A stretch of 64,000 nucleotides of DNA from Synechococcus sp. (lineage in GTDB: Bacteria > Cyanobacteriota > Cyanobacteriia > PCC-6307 > Cyanobiaceae), in contig JBJBDL010000003.1 of the NCBI GenBank assembly GCA_047285305.1, positions 64,001-128,000 on the forward strand. Reading direction: 5' to 3'. Under the pieces are notes generated by a model. The model did no database searches, was not told where the DNA came from, and saw only the letters and a list, made by a program, of their open reading frames with translations. Each line of letters opens with the position of its first letter. The stretch's first letter is position 1. Below are positions 55,015-64,000 of this stretch, piece by piece. A program made the translations under genes and the position numbers.

Positions 55015-56094
55015 ATGACCACCACCCTCCAGCAGCGCTCCGGCGCTTCCAGCTGGCAGGCCTTCTGTGAGTGGGTCACCTCCACCAACAACCGTCTGTA
55101 TGTCGGTTGGTTCGGTGTGCTGATGATCCCCACACTGCTGGCTGCCACCATCTGCTTCGTCATCGCTTTCGTCGCCGCTCCTCCGGTCGACATCGATGGC
55201 ATTCGTGAGCCCGTCGCTGGCTCCCTGATCTACGGCAACAACATCATCTCTGGTGCTGTTGTTCCTTCCAGCAACGCCATCGGCCTGCACTTCTATCCCA
55301 TCTGGGAAGCTGCTTCCCTCGATGAGTGGCTGTACAACGGCGGCCCTTTCCAGCTGGTTGTTTTCCACTTCCTCATCGGCATCTACGCCTACATGGGTCG
55401 TGAGTGGGAACTTTCCTACCGCCTGGGCATGCGCCCCTGGATCTGCGTTGCCTACAGCGCACCTGTCGCTGCAGCCTCCGCTGTTTTCCTGGTTTACCCC
55501 TTCGGTCAGGGTTCCTTCTCTGACGCAATGCCCCTGGGCATCTCTGGCACCTTCAACTACATGTTGGTGTTCCAGGCCGAGCACAACATCCTGATGCACC
55601 CCTTCCACATGCTGGGCGTCGCAGGTGTTTTCGGCGGCAGCTTGTTCTCCGCCATGCACGGCTCCCTGGTGACCTCCTCCTTGGTGCGTGAAACCACCGA
55701 GAGCGAGTCCCAGAACTACGGCTACAAGTTCGGCCAAGAGGAAGAGACCTACAACATCGTGGCTGCACACGGTTACTTCGGTCGCCTGATCTTCCAATAC
55801 GCCTCCTTCAACCACAGCCGTAGCATTAACTTCTTCCTGGCTGCCTGGCCTGCTTTCGGCATCTGGTTCACCGACCTAGGCGTGTCAACCATGGCCTTCA
55901 ACCTGAACGGCTTCAACTTCAACCAGTCCATCCTTGATGGTCAGGGCCGCGTCCTGAACACCTGGGCTGATGTGCTGAACCGTGCCGGCCTCGGCATGGA
56001 AGTGATGCACGAGCGCAACGCTCACAACTTCCCCCTCGACCTGGCTGCTGCTGAGTCCACTCCTGTGGCTCTGCAGGCTCCTGCCATCGGTTGA
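55015..56094 (+). CDS. psbA: Photosystem II D1 protein (Glu130, D1:2 high-light type) with an anomalous 267-287 segment
   Basis: 359 aa; Y161, D170, E189, H190, H198, H215, H332, E333, H337, D342, A344 present; E130. Confidence 0.99.
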   Translation: MTTTLQQRSGASSWQAFCEWVTSTNNRLYVGWFGVLMIPTLLAATICFVIAFVAAPPVDIDGIREPVAGSLIYGNNIISGAVVPSSNAIGLHFYPIWEAASLDEWLYNGGPFQLVVFHFLIGIYAYMGREWELSYRLGMRPWICVAYSAPVAAASAVFLVYPFGQGSFSDAMPLGISGTFNYMLVFQAEHNILMHPFHMLGVAGVFGGSLFSAMHGSLVTSSLVRETTESESQNYGYKFGQEEETYNIVAAHGYFGRLIFQYASFNHSRSINFFLAAWPAFGIWFTDLGVSTMAFNLNGFNFNQSILDGQGRVLNTWADVLNRAGLGMEVMHERNAHNFPLDLAAAESTPVALQAPAIG

Positions 56095-56152
56095 TCTGGA
56101 ATCAACCTGTTCCATTCGGAACAGCAAAAACGATTCAGATCAACTGAATCGG

Positions 56153-56180
56153 AAAGCCCCCTCCTCGGAGGGGGCTTTTT
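56153..56180 (+). terminator. Intrinsic terminator after psbA (possibly bidirectional)
   Basis: AAAGCCCCCTC-CTCG-GAGGGGGCTTT-TT. Confidence 0.9.
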
Positions 56181-56440
56181 GTTGTGCTTTCAGAATTGAG
56201 CTCAGATCAACCAGCCATCAATAGCGAGGAGCCATCTGAGGTCCTCACTGCACAACTCGGTTCGATGTTCAGGTTGAAAAACCTCAGCAACGCTTTACTT
56301 CGACTCAGCAGTGTGGAAGCGAGGCAACCTCGACATCGCAAGAACCAACCGCTTTTGCTGGTCAACATTCACTGAACAGTTTTATGGATGAGCCGGGCAT
56401 AGCAGCAACTGAAAAGCATGAGACAACGCGCCGGAGTGCC

Positions 56441-56899
56441 ATGAGAAAAACGCAAACCCTGATCCAGCACCTTGGCTTGATGCCTCATCCGGAGGGGGGC
56501 TGGTACCGCGAGTTGCATCGCAGTCCAGACCAAGTTCAACGACAGGACGGTGCCGAGCGATCTGCCTTGACAGCCATTTTGTTTTTGCTGCCCGCCGGTG
56601 CCGTCAGTTGCTGGCATCGGGTGATCGGTGGAGACGAAGTCTGGACGCACATTGATGGGGCAACGCTGGAGCTCTTTCAGTGCCAGGGCGATGGCACAGA
56701 GCTGAAACGTGATGCTTTGCATGTGTCCAACCCCATCCAGGTGGTGCCCGCCAACATCTGGCAGGCGGCGCGGAGTCTTGGTGACTACTCGTTGATGAGC
56801 TGTTGTGTCGGGCCGGGATTTGAGTTCTGTGATTTCGAGATGGCCCGGCAGCATCCCGCGACAGAACGTCCGAAATTGCCCCATCCGGAGTTGATCTGA
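56441..56899 (+). CDS. Cupin_5 (DUF985 / YML079w-like) protein
   Basis: LMPHPEGGWYRE, FLL, WHRV, EVW, WQAA, VGPGFEFCDFE; start 56441 preferred over 56384. Confidence 0.85.
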   Translation: MRKTQTLIQHLGLMPHPEGGWYRELHRSPDQVQRQDGAERSALTAILFLLPAGAVSCWHRVIGGDEVWTHIDGATLELFQCQGDGTELKRDALHVSNPIQVVPANIWQAARSLGDYSLMSCCVGPGFEFCDFEMARQHPATERPKLPHPELI

Positions 56900-56938
56900 A
56901 CCGATGGCTTCGTAGCCTCACCACATCGATCAATGGCC

Positions 56939-58033
56939 ATGGGCAGCAGCTTCGGCGATCTCTTCCGGATCAGCACCTTCGGTGAATCCCACGGGGGAGG
57001 GGTGGGTGTAATTGTTGAGGGGTGTCCACCACGGCTCAACCTCAGCGTCGAGTCGATTCAGGCCGAACTGGACCGACGCAAGCCAGGCCAAAGCCACATC
57101 ACAACACCGCGCAAGGAAGCGGACCAGGTGGAAATTCTCAGTGGCCTGCTCGACGGCGAAACCACGCTTGGCACCCCGATTGCCATGGTCGTGCGGAACA
57201 AGGACCAACGGCCCGGGGATTACAAGGACATGGCGGTCGCCTTTCGGCCCTCCCATGCAGATGCCACCTACCAGGCCAAATATGGAATCCAGGCCCGCAG
57301 CGGTGGTGGGCGTGCATCAGCGCGGGAAACAATCGGCCGTGTCGCTGCAGGTGCGATCGCCAAACAACTGCTGAAACAAGCAGCAGGAACTGAAATCCTG
57401 GCCTGGGTGAAGCGGATCCACACCATCGAAGCCTCAGGCATCGACCCCCAGCAGGTTCAGCTCGGTGATGTGGAGGCCAACATCGTTCGGTGTCCCGAGC
57501 CAGCGATCGCCGAGCGGATGATTGAGCGCATCGAAGCCATTGGCCGCGAGGGTGATTCCTGCGGCGGGGTGATCGAATGCGTGGTGCGCCATCCCACCAT
57601 TGGGCTGGGCATGCCGGTGTTCGACAAACTCGAAGCCGACCTCGCCAAAGCTGTGATGTCGTTGCCGGCCACCAAGGGATTTGAAATTGGGTCTGGTTTC
57701 GATGGAACGCTGTTGAAAGGCAGCGAGCACAACGACGCCTTTATGCCGAGCGACGATGGACGGCTGAAGACCGCCACCAACAACTCCGGGGGCATTCAGG
57801 GAGGGATCAGCAATGGTGAGCCGATTGTCATCCGAGTGGCCTTCAAGCCAACGGCCACGATCCGCAAAGAGCAGCAGACCATCGATTCCGATGGCAAGGC
57901 CACCACACTCGCTGGGAAAGGACGGCACGACCCTTGCGTTCTGCCGCGGGCCGTACCGATGGTGGAAGCGATGGTGGCACTCGTTCTGGCTGATCACCTG
58001 CTGAGGCAGCAGGGGCAATGCAGCCTCTGGTGA
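56939..58033 (+). CDS. aroC: Chorismate synthase
   Basis: [40 protein letters not shown]. Confidence 0.98.
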   Translation: MGSSFGDLFRISTFGESHGGGVGVIVEGCPPRLNLSVESIQAELDRRKPGQSHITTPRKEADQVEILSGLLDGETTLGTPIAMVVRNKDQRPGDYKDMAVAFRPSHADATYQAKYGIQARSGGGRASARETIGRVAAGAIAKQLLKQAAGTEILAWVKRIHTIEASGIDPQQVQLGDVEANIVRCPEPAIAERMIERIEAIGREGDSCGGVIECVVRHPTIGLGMPVFDKLEADLAKAVMSLPATKGFEIGSGFDGTLLKGSEHNDAFMPSDDGRLKTATNNSGGIQGGISNGEPIVIRVAFKPTATIRKEQQTIDSDGKATTLAGKGRHDPCVLPRAVPMVEAMVALVLADHLLRQQGQCSLW

Positions 58034-58052
58034 GCACCACCCTTCAATCAGT

Positions 58053-58508
58053 TCAGACGGAACCCACCGCTGAGCTGGAGCTCACCGCCGCTGCGGCCGT
58101 TTTCGTCTTTGCCGCGGTGCGGGTGCGGCGGGCGGGCTTTTTGCTGGCCTGAGTCTTGGCTGAGGCTGGCTTTTTGGCAGCCATCGTTTTCTTCACCGTC
58201 CGGCGTGCACGAGCGGTGGTTCCACGGCTGCGATGACTCAACACCAGGGCCCACTCCTCATCACTGAGAGTGGATGGCTTGCTGCCATGGGCGTAGGAGA
58301 GCTTGGCCGCCTTTTCAATGTCCTTGATCAGATTCGTCCAGGACGTGGCGAAACGCTTGTCAGACTGCGATTTCGCTCCGCTCTCCACCAGGGTCTCCAC
58401 GACTCCAGCAGCCGAAACCTTCTTGCGCCGACGATTGAAAATCTCCTTCTGAAGCTGAGCGATCAGGGCATCGGCCTTGTCGCTGAGCTTGATCGTGAGC
58501 TGCGACAT
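58053..58508 (-). CDS. Hypothetical protein: ribbon-helix-helix-like N-terminus with Lys/Arg/Ala-rich tail
   Basis: MSQLTIKLSDKADALIAQLQ...SAAGVVETLVE; tail KKTMAAKKPASAKTQASKKPARRTRTAAKTKTAA. Confidence 0.7.
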   Translation of the reverse strand: MSQLTIKLSDKADALIAQLQKEIFNRRRKKVSAAGVVETLVESGAKSQSDKRFATSWTNLIKDIEKAAKLSYAHGSKPSTLSDEEWALVLSHRSRGTTARARRTVKKTMAAKKPASAKTQASKKPARRTRTAAKTKTAAAAVSSSSAVGSV

Positions 58509-58570
58509 GACGCAGTTGGATAGCTATCTCATCTGTAGCATTTTGGACGCATGTCGACCAGCTGTTGGTA

Positions 58571-59272
58571 TCAACGCTGGCTTGTCGATTGGTGCAACCA
58601 GTCGAGTAGTGCCTGGAAGGCAGGCGGCGATCCCACCACCCTGCGGCCGAGGGCAACGGCACCATGACCAGCCTCCAGCCATACGGGGAGATCGCTCACC
58701 TCGAGACCACCAGCGGCAATCACGAAGGGCAGGGGGCCGAGGGGCGCCTGCAAGCGGCTCCAGTAGCCAGGCCCCAGATTGGCGGCGGGAAAAAGCTTTA
58801 CGACACGACAGCCGAACCGTAAGGCCTGATGAACCTCCGTGGGGCTGAAGACCCCAGGCACCAGCAAGACTCCAAGCCCTCTGGCCTGCTCCACGAGCTC
58901 TGGGCACCAGCAAGGTGCCATGGCATAGCTGAGATCCAGACGAGATAGATCGTTAAGCGCCTTGGAGACCGTCACCGAAGCCGCCCCCAGATTCAGTCCA
59001 GGGCAATGGTCCTGAACCCGTTGCATGAACACCATCCAGCCTGGCTGGTCAACCCACGCCACTTCGAGGTGTCGAAGTCCTGCGGAATAAAGCTGCTGCA
59101 CCTGCTCCAACAAAACAGAGCGAGAGCCTGAAGCCACGAGGTCCTCTAGCTCAGGCCGAATCACCAACAAAAGAGGCTGATGCTGCAGGGATGCCACCAA
59201 GAGCTCCTGCCGCACCTGCCAAGGGTTGGAGGACGCATCGAAATCAGACGTATTCGGCGACCCGGACGTCAC
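58571..59272 (-). CDS. eda: KDPG/KHG aldolase family protein
   Basis: LEV, LGAASV, PGVFSPTE, VKLFPA Schiff-base Lys, AGG; start uncertain (overlaps ftsH end). Confidence 0.8.
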   Translation of the reverse strand: MTSGSPNTSDFDASSNPWQVRQELLVASLQHQPLLLVIRPELEDLVASGSRSVLLEQVQQLYSAGLRHLEVAWVDQPGWMVFMQRVQDHCPGLNLGAASVTVSKALNDLSRLDLSYAMAPCWCPELVEQARGLGVLLVPGVFSPTEVHQALRFGCRVVKLFPAANLGPGYWSRLQAPLGPLPFVIAAGGLEVSDLPVWLEAGHGAVALGRRVVGSPPAFQALLDWLHQSTSQR

Positions 59273-61094
59273 GTTTGATCAGCAGCTCCTGAAGCTCTTC
59301 AGCATCAACAGTCTCCTGCTCAACGAGCATCTCGGCCAATTCATCCAGAACCTCTCGGTTGTCAACCAGAACTTTGGTGGCACGCTTGTAGGCCACATCC
59401 ACCAGCTCGGAGACCTCTTTGTCAATCATGGCGGCGGTTTCCTCAGAGAAGTCACGCTCTGCCGCGATATCGCGGCCAAGGAACATGCCACCCTGCGCGC
59501 GCCCAAGGGCAACCGGACCCAGCTCATCGCTCATGCCGAAGCGGGTGATCATCTGACGAGCCGTTGATGCAACCTGCTGGAGATCGTTGGAAGCACCAGT
59601 AGTCACCTCATCTTCTCCGTAGACAATCTCTTCAGCGACCCGACCGCCAAGGGCAACGGCCATCTGGTTCTGGAGGTAGGCCCGGGAGTAAAGACCAGAT
59701 TCCATCCGCTCCTCACTGGGGGTGAAGAAGGTCAGACCGCCGGCATTACCGCGGGGGATGATGGAGATCTTCTGAACCGGGTCATAGTCCGGCATCAGAG
59801 CGCCCACAAGGGCATGACCAGCCTCGTGATAAGCAACCAGGCGAGCGCGGCGCTCGCTCATCACACGGTCCTTCTTCTCCGGACCCGCCATCACACGTTC
59901 AATGGCATCACTGATCTCGTCATTGCTCACTTCGGTGAGCTCACGACGGGCCGCAAGGATGGCGGCTTCGTTGAGAAGGTTGGCGAGATCGGCACCGGTG
60001 TAACCAGGAGTCCGGCGGGCAACCTTGTCGAGATCGACATCCTTGGCGAGGGTCTTGCCGCGAGCGTGAACACCGAGGATTTGTAGGCGTCCGGAATAGT
60101 CAGGCCGATCAACGGTGACCTGACGATCGAAACGTCCGGGGCGCATCAGAGCGGCATCGAGCACGTCCGGGCGGTTGGTGGCCGCCACGATGATGATCCC
60201 GGTGTTGCCCTCGAAACCATCCATCTCTGTCAGGAGCTGGTTCAGCGTTTGCTCACGCTCGTCGTTACCACCTCCGAGGCCTGCGCCCCGCTGACGACCA
60301 ACGGCATCGATTTCGTCGATGAACACGATGCAGGGAGCGTTTTTCTTGGCTTGCTCGAAGAGATCGCGAACGCGGCTGGCACCAACGCCAACAAACATCT
60401 CAACGAACTCAGAACCGGAGATCGAGAAAAAGGGAACACCTGCTTCACCAGCCACGGCCTTGGCGAGCAGAGTCTTACCAGTGCCGGGAGGTCCCACCAA
60501 CAGAACACCCTTGGGGATCTTGGCGCCGACGGCCGTGAAGCGATCGGGGTTCTTGAGGAAGTCGACCACCTCGGTCAGCTCAAGCTTCGCCCCTTCAATG
60601 CCGGCCACATCGGTGAAGGTCACCTGGGTGGAGGGCTCCATCTGAACCCGCGCCTTGCTTTTGCCAAACTGCATAGCTGGGTTGCCACCACCACCGCCCT
60701 GGGCGCGCCGGAAGAGGAAGAACAGACCACCAAGTAGAAGCAGAGGGAAGATCAGACTTCCAGCGGCCTGCTGCCATCCAGGGGTCTGACGGGAGGGCTG
60801 AACGGCGATATCAACGCTGTGTTCTGTCAGCAAACCGAGCAGCTCACGATCGGGAGCCAGATTGACCTGGGCACGACGGCCGTCGTTTTCCACCACCTGA
60901 GCGGTGCCTTGATCCGGAGAAATCAGCACACGGCTGATTTGGTCATCCTTCACCGCCTCAACAAACTCGCTGTAGCGGATGGTGTTCACCTGGGGCTGGC
61001 TGCCACCGCCGCCACCAAAGAACGCTGGTGCAATCACAACGATCGCCAGAACCAAAAGGGCCCCGAGACCGATATTTCGCCAACGCTTGTTCAC
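59244..61094 (-). CDS. ftsH: ATP-dependent zinc metalloprotease FtsH (FtsH3/Slr1604-like)
   Basis: Two TM helices, [26 protein letters not shown]. Confidence 0.98.
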   Translation of the reverse strand: MNKRWRNIGLGALLVLAIVVIAPAFFGGGGGSQPQVNTIRYSEFVEAVKDDQISRVLISPDQGTAQVVENDGRRAQVNLAPDRELLGLLTEHSVDIAVQPSRQTPGWQQAAGSLIFPLLLLGGLFFLFRRAQGGGGGNPAMQFGKSKARVQMEPSTQVTFTDVAGIEGAKLELTEVVDFLKNPDRFTAVGAKIPKGVLLVGPPGTGKTLLAKAVAGEAGVPFFSISGSEFVEMFVGVGASRVRDLFEQAKKNAPCIVFIDEIDAVGRQRGAGLGGGNDEREQTLNQLLTEMDGFEGNTGIIIVAATNRPDVLDAALMRPGRFDRQVTVDRPDYSGRLQILGVHARGKTLAKDVDLDKVARRTPGYTGADLANLLNEAAILAARRELTEVSNDEISDAIERVMAGPEKKDRVMSERRARLVAYHEAGHALVGALMPDYDPVQKISIIPRGNAGGLTFFTPSEERMESGLYSRAYLQNQMAVALGGRVAEEIVYGEDEVTTGASNDLQQVASTARQMITRFGMSDELGPVALGRAQGGMFLGRDIAAERDFSEETAAMIDKEVSELVDVAYKRATKVLVDNREVLDELAEMLVEQETVDAEELQELLIKRDVRVAEYV

Positions 61095-61138
61095 AGGTCG
61101 TCTCGCAGATGAAGGAATGTTAAACGGGTTCTCAGTCT

Positions 61139-62311
61139 TCAGGCGGCGCGGAGCACCTCAACCACGCTCTTGAAGGCGAACCACTCGGGAATCTCCTCAC
61201 CACCGCGCAGCATCTTGCGGAACTGGGTGCCGCTCAGCTTCTTCACGTGCAGGCCACGGGCTTCAGCATGCTCGGCCGTTACATACCCCTCTTCTTGGGT
61301 GTAAACGAGGTTCAGGGAAGGAACGGTTTCCATCGTGAGCTCGGGGGCGCACTCCTTGGCGAAGTTCTGAGCGTCGTAAGGGCCGTAGAAATCGTCACCG
61401 GTGAGAGACGATTTGCAGCCGGCCATATCCCGGCCAATGATGAAGTGGGTGCATCCGTAGTTGCGGCGGATGATCATGTGCTGAAGCGCTTCACGCGGAC
61501 CTGCCATGTGCATGGCGTAGGGCAGGTAGGCCCAGCGAATGCTGTCGTTGTTCACTTCTGCCGCCAGACGTTCATAGGTCTGGAAGCGAACGGCACCAGG
61601 GATGTCGTCCTGCTGAGTAGGACCACAGGTGGGATGAACGAGCACCACAGCGTTGTCACTGACGTTCTGTGCATGGAGAGCACGGGTGAACAGTTCGTAA
61701 TGAGCGCGGTGAATGGGGTTACGGCACTGGAACGCCACCACGTCCTCGCCTTCGGGCAGGCCTGCACGCACCTCAGCAGGGGTCTTACAGGGGAACACCC
61801 GCTCGGGCAGAACAAGGCCCTGGAGTCTTCCACCCAGATAGAAGCGCTTGCGCTCCATCGTGATCATCCGAACCGCAGGGTGCTCGATGGAGGTGGTGCC
61901 GTAGCAGCCCTTGGCTTCAGCCACTTTGTTGGGTTCCCACTTGTCCTCCACTTCGAGAACAGCCAGCTCCTGGCCCTTGTAGGTGAGCAGCAGCTTGTCG
62001 CCTACCACCACGTCATCGCGGTCGGTGTCCATCACGATCGGCAGACCGAACAGCTGGCCCGCAGCCAGACGATGCCCACTGACCACGGCGTCGTAGTCCT
62101 CCTGGTGCATGAAGCCACGCAGGGGAGAGAAGCCACCAACACAGAGCAGCTCCACATCACAGGCGTTGCGATCGGAACACTCGATCGTTTTGGTCGCCAT
62201 GGCTTTCAGAGCGGCACGATCCGCCTCAGCCGCCATGAGATCGACCAGCGTTCCGCCGTAGGGAGCAATCACGCCGGATCGCTGGGCAGGAGCTGAAGCA
62301 CTGGCGGTCAT
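61139..62311 (-). CDS. sat: Sulfate adenylyltransferase
   Basis: GGFSPLRGFM, AFQCRNPIHRAH, AGPREA, HFIIGRD, LSGT; ATG at 62311. Confidence 0.97.
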   Translation of the reverse strand: MTASASAPAQRSGVIAPYGGTLVDLMAAEADRAALKAMATKTIECSDRNACDVELLCVGGFSPLRGFMHQEDYDAVVSGHRLAAGQLFGLPIVMDTDRDDVVVGDKLLLTYKGQELAVLEVEDKWEPNKVAEAKGCYGTTSIEHPAVRMITMERKRFYLGGRLQGLVLPERVFPCKTPAEVRAGLPEGEDVVAFQCRNPIHRAHYELFTRALHAQNVSDNAVVLVHPTCGPTQQDDIPGAVRFQTYERLAAEVNNDSIRWAYLPYAMHMAGPREALQHMIIRRNYGCTHFIIGRDMAGCKSSLTGDDFYGPYDAQNFAKECAPELTMETVPSLNLVYTQEEGYVTAEHAEARGLHVKKLSGTQFRKMLRGGEEIPEWFAFKSVVEVLRAA

Positions 62312-62369
62312 GGCTGCATAGAAAGATCGGGCGATTCTCCCAGATCGCAGGAGGATTGCAATGGGCCAC

Positions 62370-62393
62370 AAAAAAGGGGGCCTAAGCCCCCTT
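62370..62393 (-). terminator. Intrinsic terminator after psbO
   Basis: Minus strand AAGGGGGC-TTAG-GCCCCCTT-TTTT. Confidence 0.85.
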
Positions 62394-62416
62394 GCAACCT
62401 GTTGTGATGACCTAGA

Positions 62417-63247
62417 TCAGGCCTCTTCAAGACGGCCGTAAAGATCACCAGTGATCTTGATGTCGACCACTTCACGACCACCCATGTCGGAGTCGGAGGG
62501 CTGGATGGCGCTGAACACACCGGCAAATTCTCCGGTTTCAGGATCAACCTTGGTGATTGAGAGGCTCATGGTTCCAACACCATCGATGTATCGCTTGTTG
62601 TTGTCCTTCTCGAGCTGCTCGTCATCACCACCAAGTGCCACCAGACCCTGGGCGTACTGAACACCGGTAGTCAAAGCCCGACCCTTGGGATCGATGAAGT
62701 TGCTTGTGCGGTAGCTGGGGGTGCGATAGGTGCCCTCAAAGTCGGTGCTGGTGGTCAGAGCCGAGCCCTCAGCAGTGGCGTTGAGCGACTTGCTGGAAAA
62801 CGTGAAGGGGAACTCTTCGCCACCGGGCACCAGAACGGTGATCGGCTGGAAGTCAATGCCACCTTTCTCCTGGAATTGCAGGCCGGATTCCGTCACCTTC
62901 AGATCGCCGAAGACTGAATCGAGACTGGAGGTGTACCGGGTGAGGATCTTGCCCTCAACAAACTCGGCTTGCTGACGAATGTTCTTGGGCTCCTCCTTGG
63001 CATAGACCTGCACGGGGTGCATGCAGATCTCACGGAGCTCGTAGCTGCCACCGGCCGTCAGAGGAATCGAGCCCCGGGCTGATTCCCCAATCGTGGGGCA
63101 ATCGTTGGCTTTGCCGGTGTTGTGGATGTCGTCGTAGGTGACGTTGGATCCACCACGCTGGACTGCATCACTGTCGCCACTGCAGGCCGTGGTGAAGAAC
63201 GCGAGGCAGAGCGCCAGCACGACGGCCAGCAGAGGACGAATGCGCAT
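62417..63247 (-). CDS. psbO: Photosystem II manganese-stabilising protein
   Basis: TYDDIHNTGKANDCP, GGIDFQ, LVPGGEEFPF, PSYRTSNFIDPKGR, QPSDSDMG. Confidence 0.98.
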   Translation of the reverse strand: MRIRPLLAVVLALCLAFFTTACSGDSDAVQRGGSNVTYDDIHNTGKANDCPTIGESARGSIPLTAGGSYELREICMHPVQVYAKEEPKNIRQQAEFVEGKILTRYTSSLDSVFGDLKVTESGLQFQEKGGIDFQPITVLVPGGEEFPFTFSSKSLNATAEGSALTTSTDFEGTYRTPSYRTSNFIDPKGRALTTGVQYAQGLVALGGDDEQLEKDNNKRYIDGVGTMSLSITKVDPETGEFAGVFSAIQPSDSDMGGREVVDIKITGDLYGRLEEA

Positions 63248-63367
63248 GGAAGGAGCCGATCGGCTGAACGCTAAAGGGGACGGAGTGCCGTCAGATCTGG
63301 ATCTTACAGGGCGAAAAATGACGTCAGGGCTAGCCTTTTGCAGCTCTCAACAACTTGTCGAAAGCGC

Positions 63368-63673
63368 GTGACATCCAACGATCCCGATTCGACCCAGGCA
63401 CGGATGGCTCCGGCACTTGCCGCCCTGGGCGAGCTGGCAGAGGAGTTGAGGGGAAATCCCGAAGCACTGCTCACCCTGCTGCGTGAGCTTGAAGCCCTGC
63501 ATCGCGACGTTCAGGACGGTCCGTTTCGTCAAAGCCTTCCTGAAAACCGCCAGAAATTGTTCACACTTCTGCAGGGGATGGAGAAAAACGGAGGCTGGCC
63601 TTACATCCCTCGTCTTCAGCTGCGCACCTTCATCGACCTGCTCGGTCAAGACTCCATGGACGCCGCTGCCTGA
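63368..63673 (+). CDS. Conserved cyanobacterial hypothetical protein
   Basis: LLRELEALHR...LPENRQKLF.LL..ME..GGWPYIPR pattern; start 63368 (GTG) or 63404 (ATG). Confidence 0.7.
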   Translation: MTSNDPDSTQARMAPALAALGELAEELRGNPEALLTLLRELEALHRDVQDGPFRQSLPENRQKLFTLLQGMEKNGGWPYIPRLQLRTFIDLLGQDSMDAAA

Positions 63674-63999
63674 TCCCGAGCCTCAACCAGAGCATCAAGC
63701 AATTGATGAGCTAGAGAAAGCTTTGCCGTCACAGGCAGCTCTCGTCTCCAGCCATCTCCAAGCAACCAGCCTCCATTGGGTTGGTCCCCGAAACCCTGAC
63801 CGTCACGGTCCACGGGATTCACCATCATCAGATCGCAGCCCTTCGCCAGCCGCTTGCTTTCAGCCCGCTCCAGCAAATTGGCATCGCTGCCTGTGAGCGC
63901 TGAGAAGCCGAGAACCAACTGTCCGGGACGGCGTTGGCGGGTCAGGTTCGACAGCAGATCAGGCACTTCGGCCCAACCGGAGACAAGAGCCTGCTGAAG
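63646..63999 (-). CDS. coaBC: CoaBC (phosphopantothenoylcysteine synthetase/decarboxylase), 3' part
   Basis: PDLL...LVLGFSA...K...KGCDLMMVNPV...GFG...N...K..LA..L; ORF open to the window edge. Confidence 0.88.
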   Translation of the reverse strand, partial: LQQALVSGWAEVPDLLSNLTRQRRPGQLVLGFSALTGSDANLLERAESKRLAKGCDLMMVNPVDRDGQGFGDQPNGGWLLGDGWRRELPVTAKLSLAHQLLDALVEARDQAAASMES

Positions 64000-64000
64000 G

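Noticed and set aside
56184..56375. 63-aa ORF after the psbA terminator
   Set aside because: GTG start abutting the terminator, no RBS and no recognisable motif, so not called as a CDS.

Overview
Core-genome window (high GC) of a marine picocyanobacterium, most consistent with Synechococcus subcluster 5.1. This is inferred from the compact gene spacing, the picocyanobacterial PsaL/PsaI/PsbA sequences and the gene order. In order it holds: the distal spc/alpha ribosomal superoperon (rplE end to rpmE-prfA); a cell-envelope cluster around tRNA-Ser(GCT); psaI-psaL; an RND/cupin/DUF3598 block; psaB-psaA; cbiG-cobJ; tRNA-Pro(CGG); lipA; ferredoxin-GOGAT; the str operon with rpsJ; pheA; rnhB-rne; two radical SAM genes; dapL-clpS; psbA (D1:2 type); aroC; eda; ftsH; sat; psbO; and the 3' end of coaBC. 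I saw no integrase, transposase, prophage gene or CRISPR array. Two signals stand out. (1) The psaA ribosome-binding region and the psaB 3' UTR, about 4.6 kb apart on the same mRNA, are perfectly complementary over 14 nt, and each half can fold as a hairpin with loops complementary to the other. (2) psbA carries six amino-acid substitutions packed into about 65 nt, including loss of the non-heme-iron ligand His272. This is either an atypical D1 or, more probably, a local sequence-quality artefact. Product calls come from recognising motifs by eye, not from database searches.
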